A DNA stretch of 64,000 nucleotides from an uncultured Dehalococcoidia bacterium. GTDB taxonomy: Bacteria; Chloroflexota; Dehalococcoidia; Lucifugimonadales; Australimonadaceae. The notes beneath the pieces were generated by a model. That model ran no database searches and was not told where the DNA came from. It saw only the letters and a program-made list of their open reading frames with translations. Below are positions 29,559 through 39,677 of this stretch, one piece after another. Within the stretch, counting starts at the first letter, position 1. The number at the start of each line of letters is the position of its first letter. A program made the position numbers and the translations under genes. Location: positions 485,763 through 549,762 of the forward strand of contig OY282355.1 in assembly GCA_958295525.1 (NCBI GenBank), given 5' to 3'.

Positions 29559-29585
29559 GAGGCGGGGCGCAACGCGCCCCGCCTC
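29559..29585. terminator. Probable bidirectional terminator hairpin
   Basis: GAGGCGGGGCGC-aac-GCGCCCCGCCTC between convergent genes. Confidence 0.6.
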
Positions 29586-29623
29586 TTCGGTTCAGTTCTC
29601 CGCCCGCTCCCGTCCGGCGCGGG

Positions 29624-30115
29624 CTAGCGGAGGAGGCTCATCCCGGGGTCGAGGGCGCGCTGACCGGCGTGAATCTCGTTCAGCACCGAGGAGACGCGCT
29701 CCTCGAGGCCGACGAGGGAGTCGCGGCTGTAGTCGTCGGCGCCGGCGCGCTGGCGCTGGGCCTCCTGCTCCGCGACGCCGATGATGCGCGCCGCCCTGGC
29801 GTTGGCGTCTTCGATGATCTCGCGTCCGCGCTCCTGCGCCGCTTTGGCCATCTCCGTCTCGTTGACGAGGAGGCGCGCGTCGCCTTCGGCGGTGCTGCGG
29901 ATGCGGCGCGCGTCGGTCATCGTCTGGCTGACGATCTGCTCGCGGCGCTCCATTATTTCGCGGGCTTCCTGCAGGTCGCGCGGCATCGCCACCCGCATCT
30001 GGTCGATGATGCCGAGCAACTCCTCGGCGTCGATCATCGAGCGTTTGCTCATCGGCATCTTCTTGGCCTGAACCGCTATGCCTTCCAGTCTGTCCACCAG
30101 ATCCAGCAATTCCAT
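29624..30115 (-). CDS. Conserved coiled-coil protein downstream of coaD
   Basis: ID.EELL.IIDQMR..P..L.EA and GADDY motifs; familiar rsmD-coaD-X synteny. Confidence 0.75.
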   Translation of the reverse strand: MELLDLVDRLEGIAVQAKKMPMSKRSMIDAEELLGIIDQMRVAMPRDLQEAREIMERREQIVSQTMTDARRIRSTAEGDARLLVNETEMAKAAQERGREIIEDANARAARIIGVAEQEAQRQRAGADDYSRDSLVGLEERVSSVLNEIHAGQRALDPGMSLLR

Positions 30116-30163
30116 TGCGCTCTCCTCCTTTGCGATGCGTTTGGGCTTGGACGCCCGGCGCTT

Positions 30164-30643
30164 CTATTGCGCGAAGCGCTCGGCGAGCGCCTCGATGACG
30201 TTTTCAGGGACGAGTCCGGTGATGTCGCCGCCGAGCCTTGAGACTTCCTTGAGCAGGCTTGCGCGGACGAACTGATAGCGCCCGTCGGTCATCAGGCACA
30301 CGACGTCGATTTCGGGCGCGAGGCGGCGGTTCATCAGCGCCATCTCGAACTCGTACTCGAAGTCGGCGTGCATCCGGATGCCGCGGACGATGGCCGTGGC
30401 GTCCCGCGCTTTCGCGTAGTCCACGACGAGGCCGCTGAACGCCTGCGCCTCCACGTTGGGGATGCCTCCGGCGGCCTCGCGGATGAGGCGGACGCGCTCC
30501 TCGGCGGAGAAAGTCGTCCGGATCTCCGGCGCTTCGAACACGGCGATGATCACCTTGTCGAAGAGGCGGGAGGCGCGCTGGAGAATGTCCAGATGGCCTG
30601 CGGTCACCGGGTCGAAGCGGCCGGGGTAGATCGCGGTGGTCAT
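30164..30643 (-). CDS. coaD: Phosphopantetheine adenylyltransferase
   Basis: YPGRFDPVTAGHLD, RGIR..DFEYE and LLKEV motifs. Confidence 0.95.
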   Translation of the reverse strand: MTTAIYPGRFDPVTAGHLDILQRASRLFDKVIIAVFEAPEIRTTFSAEERVRLIREAAGGIPNVEAQAFSGLVVDYAKARDATAIVRGIRMHADFEYEFEMALMNRRLAPEIDVVCLMTDGRYQFVRASLLKEVSRLGGDITGLVPENVIEALAERFAQ

Positions 30644-31198
30644 TTAGGCCGCCTCCCGCGAGGGGCCGTAGAACGCGAGCGAGGAGTCGCCGTAGCGGCG
30701 GTCGTCATGCTTGACGAGGGCGCCGCAGCGGTCGTCGGCGAGGACGCGGGAGGCGTGCCCGCAGACGAGGACGCCGCGCTCGCCGAGAATCCCCGCATCG
30801 CCGATGCGGGCGATGAGGGCGGCGGGGAACGGTTGCGCGTAGGGCGGGTCCATCAGAAGCAGGTCGCGCGGGCCGAGGCGATGCAAGGCGCGCTCGGCGC
30901 GCCCCGCGACGACCTCCGCCTTGCGGGCGAATCCGGTTGCTTGCAAGTTGGCCCGTATCACTGCGATTTGCCTTCGGTCTGCCTCGACGAACACGGCGTT
31001 TGCGGCGCCCCGGCTGAGGGCTTCGATGCCGAGCGAGCCCGTCCCTGCGAAAAGGTCGGCCGCTCGGGCGCCCTCGATTCCGTCGCGCGCAAGGATGTTG
31101 AAGAGCGCGCTCCGCACCCGGTCGGTGGTGGGCCGGACGCCCGGCGCTTTGGGCGAGTCGAGGGGCATGCCTCTTGCCGTTCCGCCGGTTACGCGCAG
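30644..31198 (-). CDS. rsmD: 16S rRNA m2G966 methyltransferase (probable CTG start)
   Basis: (M)RVTGGTARG, RPTTDRVR, DLFAGTGSLGIEALSRGA and DPPY motifs. Confidence 0.9.
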   Translation of the reverse strand: MRVTGGTARGMPLDSPKAPGVRPTTDRVRSALFNILARDGIEGARAADLFAGTGSLGIEALSRGAANAVFVEADRRQIAVIRANLQATGFARKAEVVAGRAERALHRLGPRDLLLMDPPYAQPFPAALIARIGDAGILGERGVLVCGHASRVLADDRCGALVKHDDRRYGDSSLAFYGPSREAA

Positions 31199-31438
31199 CG
31201 CCGCTCCTTGCCCGCGGCAGGGGAGTCCCGCCGCGTGAGAATCTTGGAACGGAGTTTAAGCGTTGTTTGAGCGCAGGCCAATGACACAAGGCGGCGGGTT
31301 ATGAGCGCATTGGCGGACGAGGCGAGGGCGGCGCCCGCCGTTCCGCCTACTGCCCGCCGCTCCCGCGAAAGGAAACGCCCCGCGCCCGCGCCTGCTATCA
31401 TCGCGGGGCAGGCTCTTCTGCGGAGCGTTCGGCGCACG

Positions 31439-32668
31439 ATGGCGACCCAAGCGACAACCGCCCCCTCCGGCTCGTCCTTTCGGGCGGCCGGGCCCGTCTA
31501 CGTCGCCACGATCGCCGTCGGGCACGGGCTGAAGCACTGGTACGTCGCGTCGTTCGCGGTTTTCCTGCCGCTGATCGTCGAGGAGTACGAAATCTCGACG
31601 GCGGGCGTCACCGCCATTGGGCTGATCCGGCAGTTCGGGGGCGGCTTCCCCAACTTCTTCGTGGGGTACGTGTCCGACCGCTTCAGCGCCTACTGGCATT
31701 GGATGCTGCCGCTCTCGTTCTTCTTCGCGGCGTTCTTTATGATGCTCTCGGGACGCTCGCCCTGGGTGTGGCCGGTGGTGCTGCTCGCGGCGTTCAGCGG
31801 CGTGGCGGCGTCGTTCTGGCATCCGCCCGCGATCTCGATGCTCAGCGTGCGCTTCCCGCGCCGGCGGGGAATGGCGATCGCGTTTCATGGCTCCGGCTCC
31901 GGCGCGGGCGAGGCGCTTGGGCCGCTCGTGGTGGGCTACGTGCTCGTGATGTGGATGGCGGACGACTGGCGCTCCTACACGCTGATCAGTTTCATTCCCG
32001 CCGTCGCCATAACCGCCGCCATCTACTGGCTCCTCTCCGGCGCGCGAACCGCTCCGCCTGAATCCGCCGCGCGCCGAGCGGAACTGACGGACACGCTCGC
32101 GCTGCTGCGCTTCCCTGTCTACGCGAGCCTCGCCTACGCCAACTTCACGAGGTCGTTCTCGCACTTCGGTTTGCTGTCGTTTATGCCCGTCTACCTCGCC
32201 CAGGATTTGGGAATGGACAGTTTCGGCGTGGGGATTCACGTCGGCTTCCTCACGCTGCTGGGCGTGGGCGTCGGCCCGGCCATCGGATTCCTCTCCGACC
32301 GCATCGGGCGCCGCGTCCCCATCGTAACGGCGATGCTCGCCATCAGCGCGGGGACGCTCGTGATGGGCGCGGCGGACGGAGGCGCGCTGCTGACGGTCTC
32401 CGTCGCGTTCGTCGGCCTTTTCCTCTGGTCGAGCCAGGACGTGATCAACGCGACGGCGATGGACGCCTCTCCGCCGGGCTTGCAGGGCTCGACGGTGGGG
32501 ATAATGTTCCTCAGCAGCCTCATGGGCGGGACGGTGGGCGTGATCGTGATGGGGCTCGTGGCGGACTACACGGACTCGCTCCGCAGCATCTTCTGGATGG
32601 CGGCGGCGGCGGCGGCTCCCGCCGCGATCTTCTTCCTATTCGCGCCGCTCCGCCGCAAGGACGCCTGA
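31439..32668 (+). CDS. MFS transporter
   Basis: GYVSDRF, WHPPA and GFLSDRIGRR motifs; 12 TM. Confidence 0.85.
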   Translation: MATQATTAPSGSSFRAAGPVYVATIAVGHGLKHWYVASFAVFLPLIVEEYEISTAGVTAIGLIRQFGGGFPNFFVGYVSDRFSAYWHWMLPLSFFFAAFFMMLSGRSPWVWPVVLLAAFSGVAASFWHPPAISMLSVRFPRRRGMAIAFHGSGSGAGEALGPLVVGYVLVMWMADDWRSYTLISFIPAVAITAAIYWLLSGARTAPPESAARRAELTDTLALLRFPVYASLAYANFTRSFSHFGLLSFMPVYLAQDLGMDSFGVGIHVGFLTLLGVGVGPAIGFLSDRIGRRVPIVTAMLAISAGTLVMGAADGGALLTVSVAFVGLFLWSSQDVINATAMDASPPGLQGSTVGIMFLSSLMGGTVGVIVMGLVADYTDSLRSIFWMAAAAAAPAAIFFLFAPLRRKDA

Positions 32669-32715
32669 TCCACATCGGCGCCGCGCTGCGCCAATTGCAA
32701 ATTGGGAGGCCGGCG

Positions 32716-33354
32716 ATGACGACCGACAAGGCGCGCACGGAGCGCATCCGGCAGGTGTACGGCGCGCGGACCTCCGCGGAAATGGCGGAGCGCTACGACG
32801 ACTGGGCGGCGGCCTACGACGCCGATCTGCAGGCGCTGGGCTTCAACGCGCCGCGCGCCGCCGCCGAAACGCTCGCCAAATACGTGAACGCCCCGGACGC
32901 GAAACTGCTGGACGCGGGCGCGGGCACCGGATTGGGCGGCGAGGAACTCGCCCGGCTCGGGTTCAGGCGCGTGACCGCCCTCGACCTCTCCCCCGGGATG
33001 CTGATGGCCGCCAACGAGAAGATGGTCTACGAGGAACTCGTCGTCGCTGAACTGGGCAAGCCGCTGCCGTTCGAGACGGGGGCGTTCGCCGGAACGCTGT
33101 GCGTCGGCGCGCTCACGATAGGCCACGCGCCGCCGGAGTCGCTCGACGAACTCGCGCGCGTCACCGCGCCGGGCGGCTGCGTCGTCTTCACCGTTCGAAC
33201 GGACACGTCGGTCGAGGGCGGCTACGAGGCGCGGCAGTCCGCAATGGAGCGCGAAGGGAAGTGGCGGCTCGTCGAGCGGAGCGAGCCGTTCCGGCCGATG
33301 CCCGACGGCGAGCCCGACATCTGGTATCACGTTTGGGCCTATCAGACGGCGTGA
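32716..33354 (+). CDS. Class I SAM-dependent methyltransferase
   Basis: YDDWAAAYD, LDAGAGTGLGG and LDLSPGML motifs. Confidence 0.85.
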   Translation: MTTDKARTERIRQVYGARTSAEMAERYDDWAAAYDADLQALGFNAPRAAAETLAKYVNAPDAKLLDAGAGTGLGGEELARLGFRRVTALDLSPGMLMAANEKMVYEELVVAELGKPLPFETGAFAGTLCVGALTIGHAPPESLDELARVTAPGGCVVFTVRTDTSVEGGYEARQSAMEREGKWRLVERSEPFRPMPDGEPDIWYHVWAYQTA

Positions 33355-33473
33355 GGCCGGCGGCGCCTCGCAGGCCCCTGCGCGTCCCCGAATTACACGC
33401 GCGGCGTTCGCGCCACGGCTTGGCGCGTTTGGCGTAGAATGCGCTCGCGCCGTTGCCGCGCCCGGAGAGAAGC

Positions 33474-35747
33474 GTGACCGACAGCCCCAGCGATAAGCCC
33501 TTGCCGCAGGCGCTGCCTGAGTTCAGCGCCGCGCTCGACGAACTCATGGCGGTCGCCAAGCGCGGCCACGCGCCCAACAGCCCGCTCTTCAATCCCTCCG
33601 ACGATTGGCTCGCGGGGCGGATGCGCGAATTCGGCAGGCTGCCGGACGCCGACCGCGCCGCCGCGCTGGACGAGTGGCGCCGGATCTCCGCGGAAGGCGC
33701 GGACGCCAACGCGGCGGGCAAGGCCGCCGAGCGCGCCGGCCCCGAGGTGGTCGCGCGCCTCAACTCCGGCGGCCTCGCCTTCTACAGCCAGCGCGGAGTC
33801 GCCCGCCAGCCGGCCCTCACCCGCTATCTGATGGACGGCTTCCCTCCCAACCGCGACTCGCTCGAGTTCGGCCACGCCGATCAGCGGCTTTTCACCCGAA
33901 TCCTGCCCGTCATCACCGCGAAACTCGCGGAATGGCTCGACGCGGGCGAGGTCGTCGTCCAATCGGACAGGCGGATATGCGACGCGCCGGGGCGGTCGTT
34001 TCACGCGCGCCAGTTGCTGGTCGGGGCGCGCTATCCCCAGTTGCCCTACCTCTGGCGGCAACTCACCTTCGATCTGCCGGAGTCCGAGCGCGCCAACCCG
34101 CCGGACATCGTGGAACTCTCCATACCGGAGTGGCTGGAGACGCTGGACCTTCCGGCGGACGCCCGCGAGCAGGCAATCGCCGCAGGGCTCACGCGGCTCG
34201 TGTTCAAGGCGCCGACGCGCGGCCTCTCCTTGCACCTCGGATTTGACTACGTGGGCGAGCACAAGATGGGCCCGCTCAGCATCGCAATGCATCAGACCAA
34301 GATGAACGGCGGGCTCGCGCTCCAAGCCGCCCTGAGCGTCGCGCGCATCCGCTCGATGGACGGCAACCTCCACAACGCCGCCGTCGTCACGACCGGGCCG
34401 TCGCTGCACGGCAAGAGCACGCTCACGATTATGATCGAACTCGCGGGCAGCGAACTCGCGGCGCGCCTCTCCCTTCCGGCGGACCCGGAGGAAGGCGTCT
34501 ATCCGATGAACGACGACATCATCCTCCTCCAACGCCTCGCCGAGCCGGTCGAGGCGGAGGTGGACGGCGAGCGCGTCTCTTACGCCTACGGCATAGACGG
34601 CACGGAGAACAACTTCTACGCGGTTCCCTCCGGCCTCACCCGCGAGGACGACCCCGTGACCTACGACGTCGTTCGCGGCGCCCCCGGCGAGCCGAATCCG
34701 CAGGAGACGCTCGAGAACGTCGTCGTTGACCCGGAGACCGGAGAGCCCGACTTCTCGCGGAACCCGACGCGCAATATGCGAATGGTCCTCTCGCGGCGCA
34801 GGCTCCTCCGGCGCAAAGGCGTCGCGGACGTCATCAGCCGCGTCACCGGCGGCGCGCTGACCGAGTCCGCCCACGTCCCGATGGAGCGGATGCACCGTGT
34901 CGTCTGGCAGGCGGTGATGCGCGAAAACACCGTTGTGCCGCCGCTCCGCAAACTCAGTCTGGAGCAGTACCTTCGCGTGCTGATGTACGGCGAGGCGGTG
35001 CAGATGGGCGCGGCGGCGGGCGCCATCGGCAGGCCCTACGTCGAGTACTTCTCCGATCCGTTCATCATCGGCTTGGAGGACGACAACGCCAATCTCCTCT
35101 ACGACATCCTGCGGCGGATGGAGGCGGACGGCGTGAGGCAGGAGTTCTACGCTTTCAACACCGGCGGGCTGGGCGCGGACGCCAATGACGCCGCCGAGGG
35201 CAGGCTCTACCGCAAGATTCCGCGCGAGATAACGCTCGCGCTCCAGGAGGCCGTGCTCAGGGACGCCGCCAAGTTCGAATACGACCCGCACATCGGGTCG
35301 TCGGTCGCCGTCGCCGTGGTGGACGCGGCGGGCGGCGAGGCGCTCGACCTGCGCGAGGAGTGGCTTCCGCGCAACGTCTACGGCGAGGAGGAGTACGTCC
35401 GCCGCATCAACCTCCTGCGCCGCCGCCGTTACTACGGCTCGCCGGAGAACGAGCGCGCCGGCATTATGCGCTACACGAAAGTCGTGAACGCGCTCGTCAA
35501 CCTCAACGACGTTCCCGCGCCGCGCACGGAATGGGAAGCCGCGCGCCTGCTCTCCTTCTACTGGAGTCTCGGCCGTTCCTACGAGACGCTGAGCGAAGCC
35601 GCCGCCCGCCGCGCCGAGGGCGAGCGTCCGCCGGACGACCTGCTCGCCGCGCTCGCCGCGGCCTGCGCGGACGGCGTGAGGGACGGGCTCGCGCTCGATT
35701 CGGACGCGCAAGCCGCGCTGCGCGAGTTGGGCATCGAGGCGGCTTAG
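33474..35747 (+). CDS. Divergent PEP carboxykinase (ATP)-like protein
   Basis: YVGEHKMG, GPSLHGKST, NDD, GTENNFY, TRNMR and FNTG motifs. Confidence 0.7.
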   Translation: MTDSPSDKPLPQALPEFSAALDELMAVAKRGHAPNSPLFNPSDDWLAGRMREFGRLPDADRAAALDEWRRISAEGADANAAGKAAERAGPEVVARLNSGGLAFYSQRGVARQPALTRYLMDGFPPNRDSLEFGHADQRLFTRILPVITAKLAEWLDAGEVVVQSDRRICDAPGRSFHARQLLVGARYPQLPYLWRQLTFDLPESERANPPDIVELSIPEWLETLDLPADAREQAIAAGLTRLVFKAPTRGLSLHLGFDYVGEHKMGPLSIAMHQTKMNGGLALQAALSVARIRSMDGNLHNAAVVTTGPSLHGKSTLTIMIELAGSELAARLSLPADPEEGVYPMNDDIILLQRLAEPVEAEVDGERVSYAYGIDGTENNFYAVPSGLTREDDPVTYDVVRGAPGEPNPQETLENVVVDPETGEPDFSRNPTRNMRMVLSRRRLLRRKGVADVISRVTGGALTESAHVPMERMHRVVWQAVMRENTVVPPLRKLSLEQYLRVLMYGEAVQMGAAAGAIGRPYVEYFSDPFIIGLEDDNANLLYDILRRMEADGVRQEFYAFNTGGLGADANDAAEGRLYRKIPREITLALQEAVLRDAAKFEYDPHIGSSVAVAVVDAAGGEALDLREEWLPRNVYGEEEYVRRINLLRRRRYYGSPENERAGIMRYTKVVNALVNLNDVPAPRTEWEAARLLSFYWSLGRSYETLSEAAARRAEGERPPDDLLAALAAACADGVRDGLALDSDAQAALRELGIEAA

Positions 35748-35750
35748 GCT

Positions 35751-36025
35751 TCCCTGTAGGTTCCTGCTTTCGCAGGAATGACGTGGCACCCATGGTGATT
35801 TGGAGACGAGGCGCGTTGCGCCTCGTCCGGCGCTTGCGCGCCGACTGGATTCCCGCCTGCGCGGGAATGACGGCAAGGGGGCGCTGCGCGCCGACTGGAT
35901 TCCCGCCTACGCGGGAATGACGGGGCAGGGGGGCGCTGCGCGCCGACTGGATTCCCGCCTACGCGGGAATGACGGGGCAGGGGGGCGCTGCGCGCCACTG
36001 GATTCCCGCCTACGCGGGAATGACG
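35751..36025 (+). repeat. Palindromic repeat cluster with composite element
   Basis: Composite at 35751-35872 plus three further units. Confidence 0.9.
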
Positions 36026-36077
36026 GGAAGAGGCGGGAACGACGGGAGCAGGGGCGGGGACGACGGGACAGGCGAAT

Positions 36078-36818
36078 TTACGCTCTCGCGGGGGCGGGGT
36101 CGTCGGTCGGCATGGCGAACACGCCAAAGGGATTGAGGGAGCGCGGAGCGTCGTAGGCGTCCATATGCTCTTTGGCCTTCAACTGGCCGACGACCCAGTA
36201 GGTCAGCGGCGTGGCGGCGACTTCGTAGGCGATCTTGAACGCCCATTGAATCAGCGCCGTGCGGATGATCGCCTCGCCGCCGAGAATCCCCGTGACGCCG
36301 AACGCGATGGAGATGAACACGAAAGAGTCCAGGCCTTGCCCGACGACGGTCGAGGAGATCGTCCGGATCCAGAGGAAGCGTCCTTTGGTGCGGACTTTGA
36401 GGAAGGAGAGCGTCATCGAGTTGCTGAACTCGCCGATGAGGTAGGCCGTGAACGACGCGAGGAGGATCATCGGCGTCGCGCCGAGGATCGTTTCGTAGGC
36501 GGTCTGCCCCTCCCAGAAGCCGACGGGCGGGATGACGCCGGTGAGCCATAGCGCGGCGACGACGAGCAGGTTGCATCCGAAACCTAGCCAGATCGCGCCG
36601 CGCGCCACGCGGAATCCGTAGACCTCGGTCAGCACGTTGCCGACGAGGTAGGTTATGGGGAACACGATGATGGACGCAGGGAGGTAGACGAGCGTCTCGC
36701 CGAGGAAGTCGCCTGGCAGCGTGAAGACGTGGATCAGTTTGACGGCGATGATGTTGGAGACGATGAGGACGGCCACGAAGACGGCGATGATGATGACGAA
36801 CATTCCCGAAAAGCGCAT
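36078..36818 (-). CDS. Queuosine precursor transporter (VUT/YhhQ family)
   Basis: SNIIAVK, FPITY..LTEVYG, STVVGQGLDS and EVAATPLTY motifs. Confidence 0.88.
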   Translation of the reverse strand: MRFSGMFVIIIAVFVAVLIVSNIIAVKLIHVFTLPGDFLGETLVYLPASIIVFPITYLVGNVLTEVYGFRVARGAIWLGFGCNLLVVAALWLTGVIPPVGFWEGQTAYETILGATPMILLASFTAYLIGEFSNSMTLSFLKVRTKGRFLWIRTISSTVVGQGLDSFVFISIAFGVTGILGGEAIIRTALIQWAFKIAYEVAATPLTYWVVGQLKAKEHMDAYDAPRSLNPFGVFAMPTDDPAPARA

Positions 36819-36904
36819 CCGCCTCTTCTCCCTCGGCGTATTCGGCGTGTGGGCCGCGCGCGGGGATTATGCCACAAGCGCGCGCGCTCCCGCGCCCCCG
36901 CATC

Positions 36905-36975
36905 GTCGTTCCCGCGTAGGCGGGAACCTCGCCCCCTTGTCCCCTATCCCGTCACGACCGCGAAGGCGGGAGCCT
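36905..36975 (-). repeat. Palindromic repeat in reverse orientation
   Basis: CGTCGTTCCCGCGTAGGCGGGAACC on the + strand. Confidence 0.7.
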
Positions 36976-37121
36976 ACAAATGAGCGCTTTTGAGCGCTTT
37001 TCCGCGGAAATCGGCCATCCGCGACCCTTCTGCTTGCGTTTTGCGCGGAGTGGTACAATCGCCTTATCCGGGCCGAGAGCCGTATCCGGGCCGAGAAGCG
37101 CGATGCGCGGGAGGCGATGCG

Positions 37122-38423
37122 ATGCTGAGCGTTCAGGAAAACGACCGCTTGTCGAGGGTGGGGCAGGGGACGCCGATGGGCGAGTTGATGCGCCGCTACT
37201 GGCATCCCATCGCCGCCGCCGCCGAACTCGACGACCGCCCCACGAAAGCCGTGCGGCTGCTCGGCGAGGACCTCGTCCTCTACAAGGACAAGTCGGGGAC
37301 GATGGGGCTGATCGAGCGCTTCTGCCCGCACCGGCGCGTGGATCTCTCCTATGGCATTCCGGAGGAGCACGGCCTGCGCTGTATGTACCACGGCTGGATG
37401 ATGGACGAGACGGGCCAGTGCATCGAGCAGCCGTTCGAGGAGACGGTTCACCCGGACGGGCGATTCAAGGAGAAGGTGAAGATCGCGGGCTACCCCGTTC
37501 AGACGATCGCGGGGATGGTTTTCGCGTATATGGGCCCGCAGCCCGCGCCGCTCCTTCCGAACTGGGAGCCGTTCACGTGGACGGACGGCTGGAGCGAGGT
37601 TGCGCTCGCGCCGCTGCCGTGCAACTGGCTGCAATGCATGGAGAACTCGCTCGACCCGGTGCACTTGGAGTGGCTGCACGGGTATTGGGGCGTCCGTCAG
37701 CAGCATGACAAGGCCGTCCGGCTCGGGCTGGCCAAGCCCGACGAGGTGGGCATTCTGCCCAAGCGCCATCAGAAGATCGGGTTCGACGTGTTCGATTACG
37801 GCATCGTCAAACGGCGCGTTACGGAGGGCATAGACGAAACGCATGGCGACTGGGCCGTCGGCCACCCGGTGATGTTCCCGCAGATTCTCTTCGTTGGGAG
37901 TTCCGTGCGCTGCTCGATGCAGTTCCGGACGCCGGTCGACGACGAGAACACGCTGCACGTGACGTGGTTCTTCTACCGCGCCGCGCCCGGGCAGGCGGTC
38001 CGTCCGCAGGAGACGATTCCGTACTTCGACGTTCCGCTCTACGGCGACGACGGGCGCCTGATCGAAGACCTCGTGAACCATCAGGATTTCGTCGCGTGGA
38101 TCACGCAGGGCGGCATCGCGCCGCGCCACCGCGAGCACCTCGGCGAGTCCGACCGCGGCGTCATTCTCTACCGCAAACTGCTCGCCGAGCAGATGGACGT
38201 CGTCGCCGACGGAGGCGAGCCGATGGGCGTCGTTCGGGACGAGGGCGAAAACGAGTGCATCCGCCTTCCGCTGGAGCATTGGCCCTCGATGAACAACCCC
38301 GCGCGGCTCGCTCGATTCACGCCGTCGCAGGCCGGCCAAAGCCCCGGCCACTTGGAGGAGATCCAGACGTTCCTCCGTCCGTGGGCCGAGGCGCCGCCCT
38401 GGGAGCCCGCCGCCGCGCGCTAA
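37122..38423 (+). CDS. Rieske non-heme iron aromatic oxygenase (phthalate/vanillate-type) subunit
   Basis: CPH...CMYHGW Rieske site, ENSLDPVH...LH and QD iron ligands. Confidence 0.88.
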   Translation: MLSVQENDRLSRVGQGTPMGELMRRYWHPIAAAAELDDRPTKAVRLLGEDLVLYKDKSGTMGLIERFCPHRRVDLSYGIPEEHGLRCMYHGWMMDETGQCIEQPFEETVHPDGRFKEKVKIAGYPVQTIAGMVFAYMGPQPAPLLPNWEPFTWTDGWSEVALAPLPCNWLQCMENSLDPVHLEWLHGYWGVRQQHDKAVRLGLAKPDEVGILPKRHQKIGFDVFDYGIVKRRVTEGIDETHGDWAVGHPVMFPQILFVGSSVRCSMQFRTPVDDENTLHVTWFFYRAAPGQAVRPQETIPYFDVPLYGDDGRLIEDLVNHQDFVAWITQGGIAPRHREHLGESDRGVILYRKLLAEQMDVVADGGEPMGVVRDEGENECIRLPLEHWPSMNNPARLARFTPSQAGQSPGHLEEIQTFLRPWAEAPPWEPAAAR

Positions 38424-38454
38424 GGCGCGCGGTCGGGTCGGGGGCGCTGCAGGA

Positions 38455-38736
38455 GGCTCCCGCTTTCGCGGGAATGACGGAGATGGGGGCGAGATTCCCG
38501 CCTGCGCGGGAATGACGTGGCGCCTGGCGCTGCTCCCGCATGCGCGTGGGGACGCCTCCCAGTAGGTTCCCGCTTTCGCGGGAATGACGTGGCGCGTGGG
38601 GTGGTTTGGAGACGGGGCGCGTTGCGCCCCGTCCGGCGCTTGCGCGCCGACTGGATTCCCGCCTGCGCGGGAATGACGGGACACAGGAGGAAGGACGGGA
38701 CAGGGGGGCGAGATTCCCGCCTACGCGGGAATGACA
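38455..38736 (+). repeat. Palindromic repeat cluster with composite element
   Basis: Composite at 38558-38677 plus flanking units. Confidence 0.9.
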
Positions 38737-38817
38737 GGGCGGTTATTAGCAACCAATCGCAAGCGCCGCTACTTGCTGGGTAAGCCCCGGTATTCTCCCG
38801 AGGCGCCTCCGCCGCGC

Positions 38818-39219
38818 CTAGACCGGCTTGCCGGTGGCGTGCGTCGAGTAGAAGATGATGCGCCGTCCGCCGGGCTCGGTCAGCGCGCACGTGTCGTGGA
38901 TGCGCCCGCGTTCGATAGGGGAGGGGGCGAGCCCTTGCTCCTCGAACGCCGCGTGCGTCGCGTCGAGGTCGTCGACCATGAGGTCGAACGGCGCCTCAAC
39001 GGGCTCCGCGCCTTCGTCTTTGGCTGCGGCGTCTTCTTGGGAGAGGACGAGGTGCGTTCCGCCGCGCAACTCGAGGATGACGAATTTGGGGCTGCGGAAG
39101 ACGGGGCGCATTCCGATTCGCAGCATAAACGCCTCGGACTCCGCGAGCGCGGGCGTGCCCATGCTGACGTGTCCGACCCAGACGGGGGGCCGCTCGTCTT
39201 GCTGCGGGGTTTCGCTCAT
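38818..39219 (-). CDS. VOC/glyoxalase family protein
   Basis: VGHVSM, FDLMVDDLDA and EPGG motifs. Confidence 0.8.
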   Translation of the reverse strand: MSETPQQDERPPVWVGHVSMGTPALAESEAFMLRIGMRPVFRSPKFVILELRGGTHLVLSQEDAAAKDEGAEPVEAPFDLMVDDLDATHAAFEEQGLAPSPIERGRIHDTCALTEPGGRRIIFYSTHATGKPV

Positions 39220-39425
39220 AGGGCGTCCTCGTAGTTTTTCGGCTCGGGCCCGTAGTCCTTGTAGCCGAAGAGGATGGCCGCCAGCACGGCGGCGGGGATG
39301 GTGGCGATGCGGAACATATCCTGGGAGGGGATGTCCAGCGCCATAGAGACGCCCATCAGCGTGAAGCCCACGACCAGCGTGACGCCCGCCGCGATCAGTC
39401 CGCGCTTCCTTCTGAACTCCAACAT
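39216..39425 (-). CDS. Small 2-TM hypothetical protein
   Basis: Two hydrophobic helices, RBS GAGGT, ATGA overlap with the VOC gene. Confidence 0.6.
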   Translation of the reverse strand: MLEFRRKRGLIAAGVTLVVGFTLMGVSMALDIPSQDMFRIATIPAAVLAAILFGYKDYGPEPKNYEDAL

Positions 39426-39677
39426 ACGGCCTACCTCGCTATGAAATCGCGCTTATCCCGTTGTCTCGGCGCGCTCCGCCGGAAGCGCCCGGCCTTCTGC
39501 CGTCATTCCCTATAACCGCCCCGTCCGCTGAGGTCAGGGCGATGCAGGGGGGCGAGATTCCCGCCTACGCGGGAGCGCGCCGATGCGCTGCTCAGTCAAG
39601 CGATGCGCTGCGCGGAAATGGCGATGCGCTGCGCGCGCGTCGTCTGGGGGCGGGAATGACGCCACGCGCATTCTACG

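Noticed and set aside
33393-35876. Long antisense ORFs (e.g. 827 aa here, 58224-60770, 298-2178)
   Set aside because: Shadow ORFs of real genes caused by high-GC codon bias; no motifs
36819-36900. preQ1 riboswitch before the queuosine transporter
   Set aside because: No preQ1 stem-loop or A-rich tail is visible
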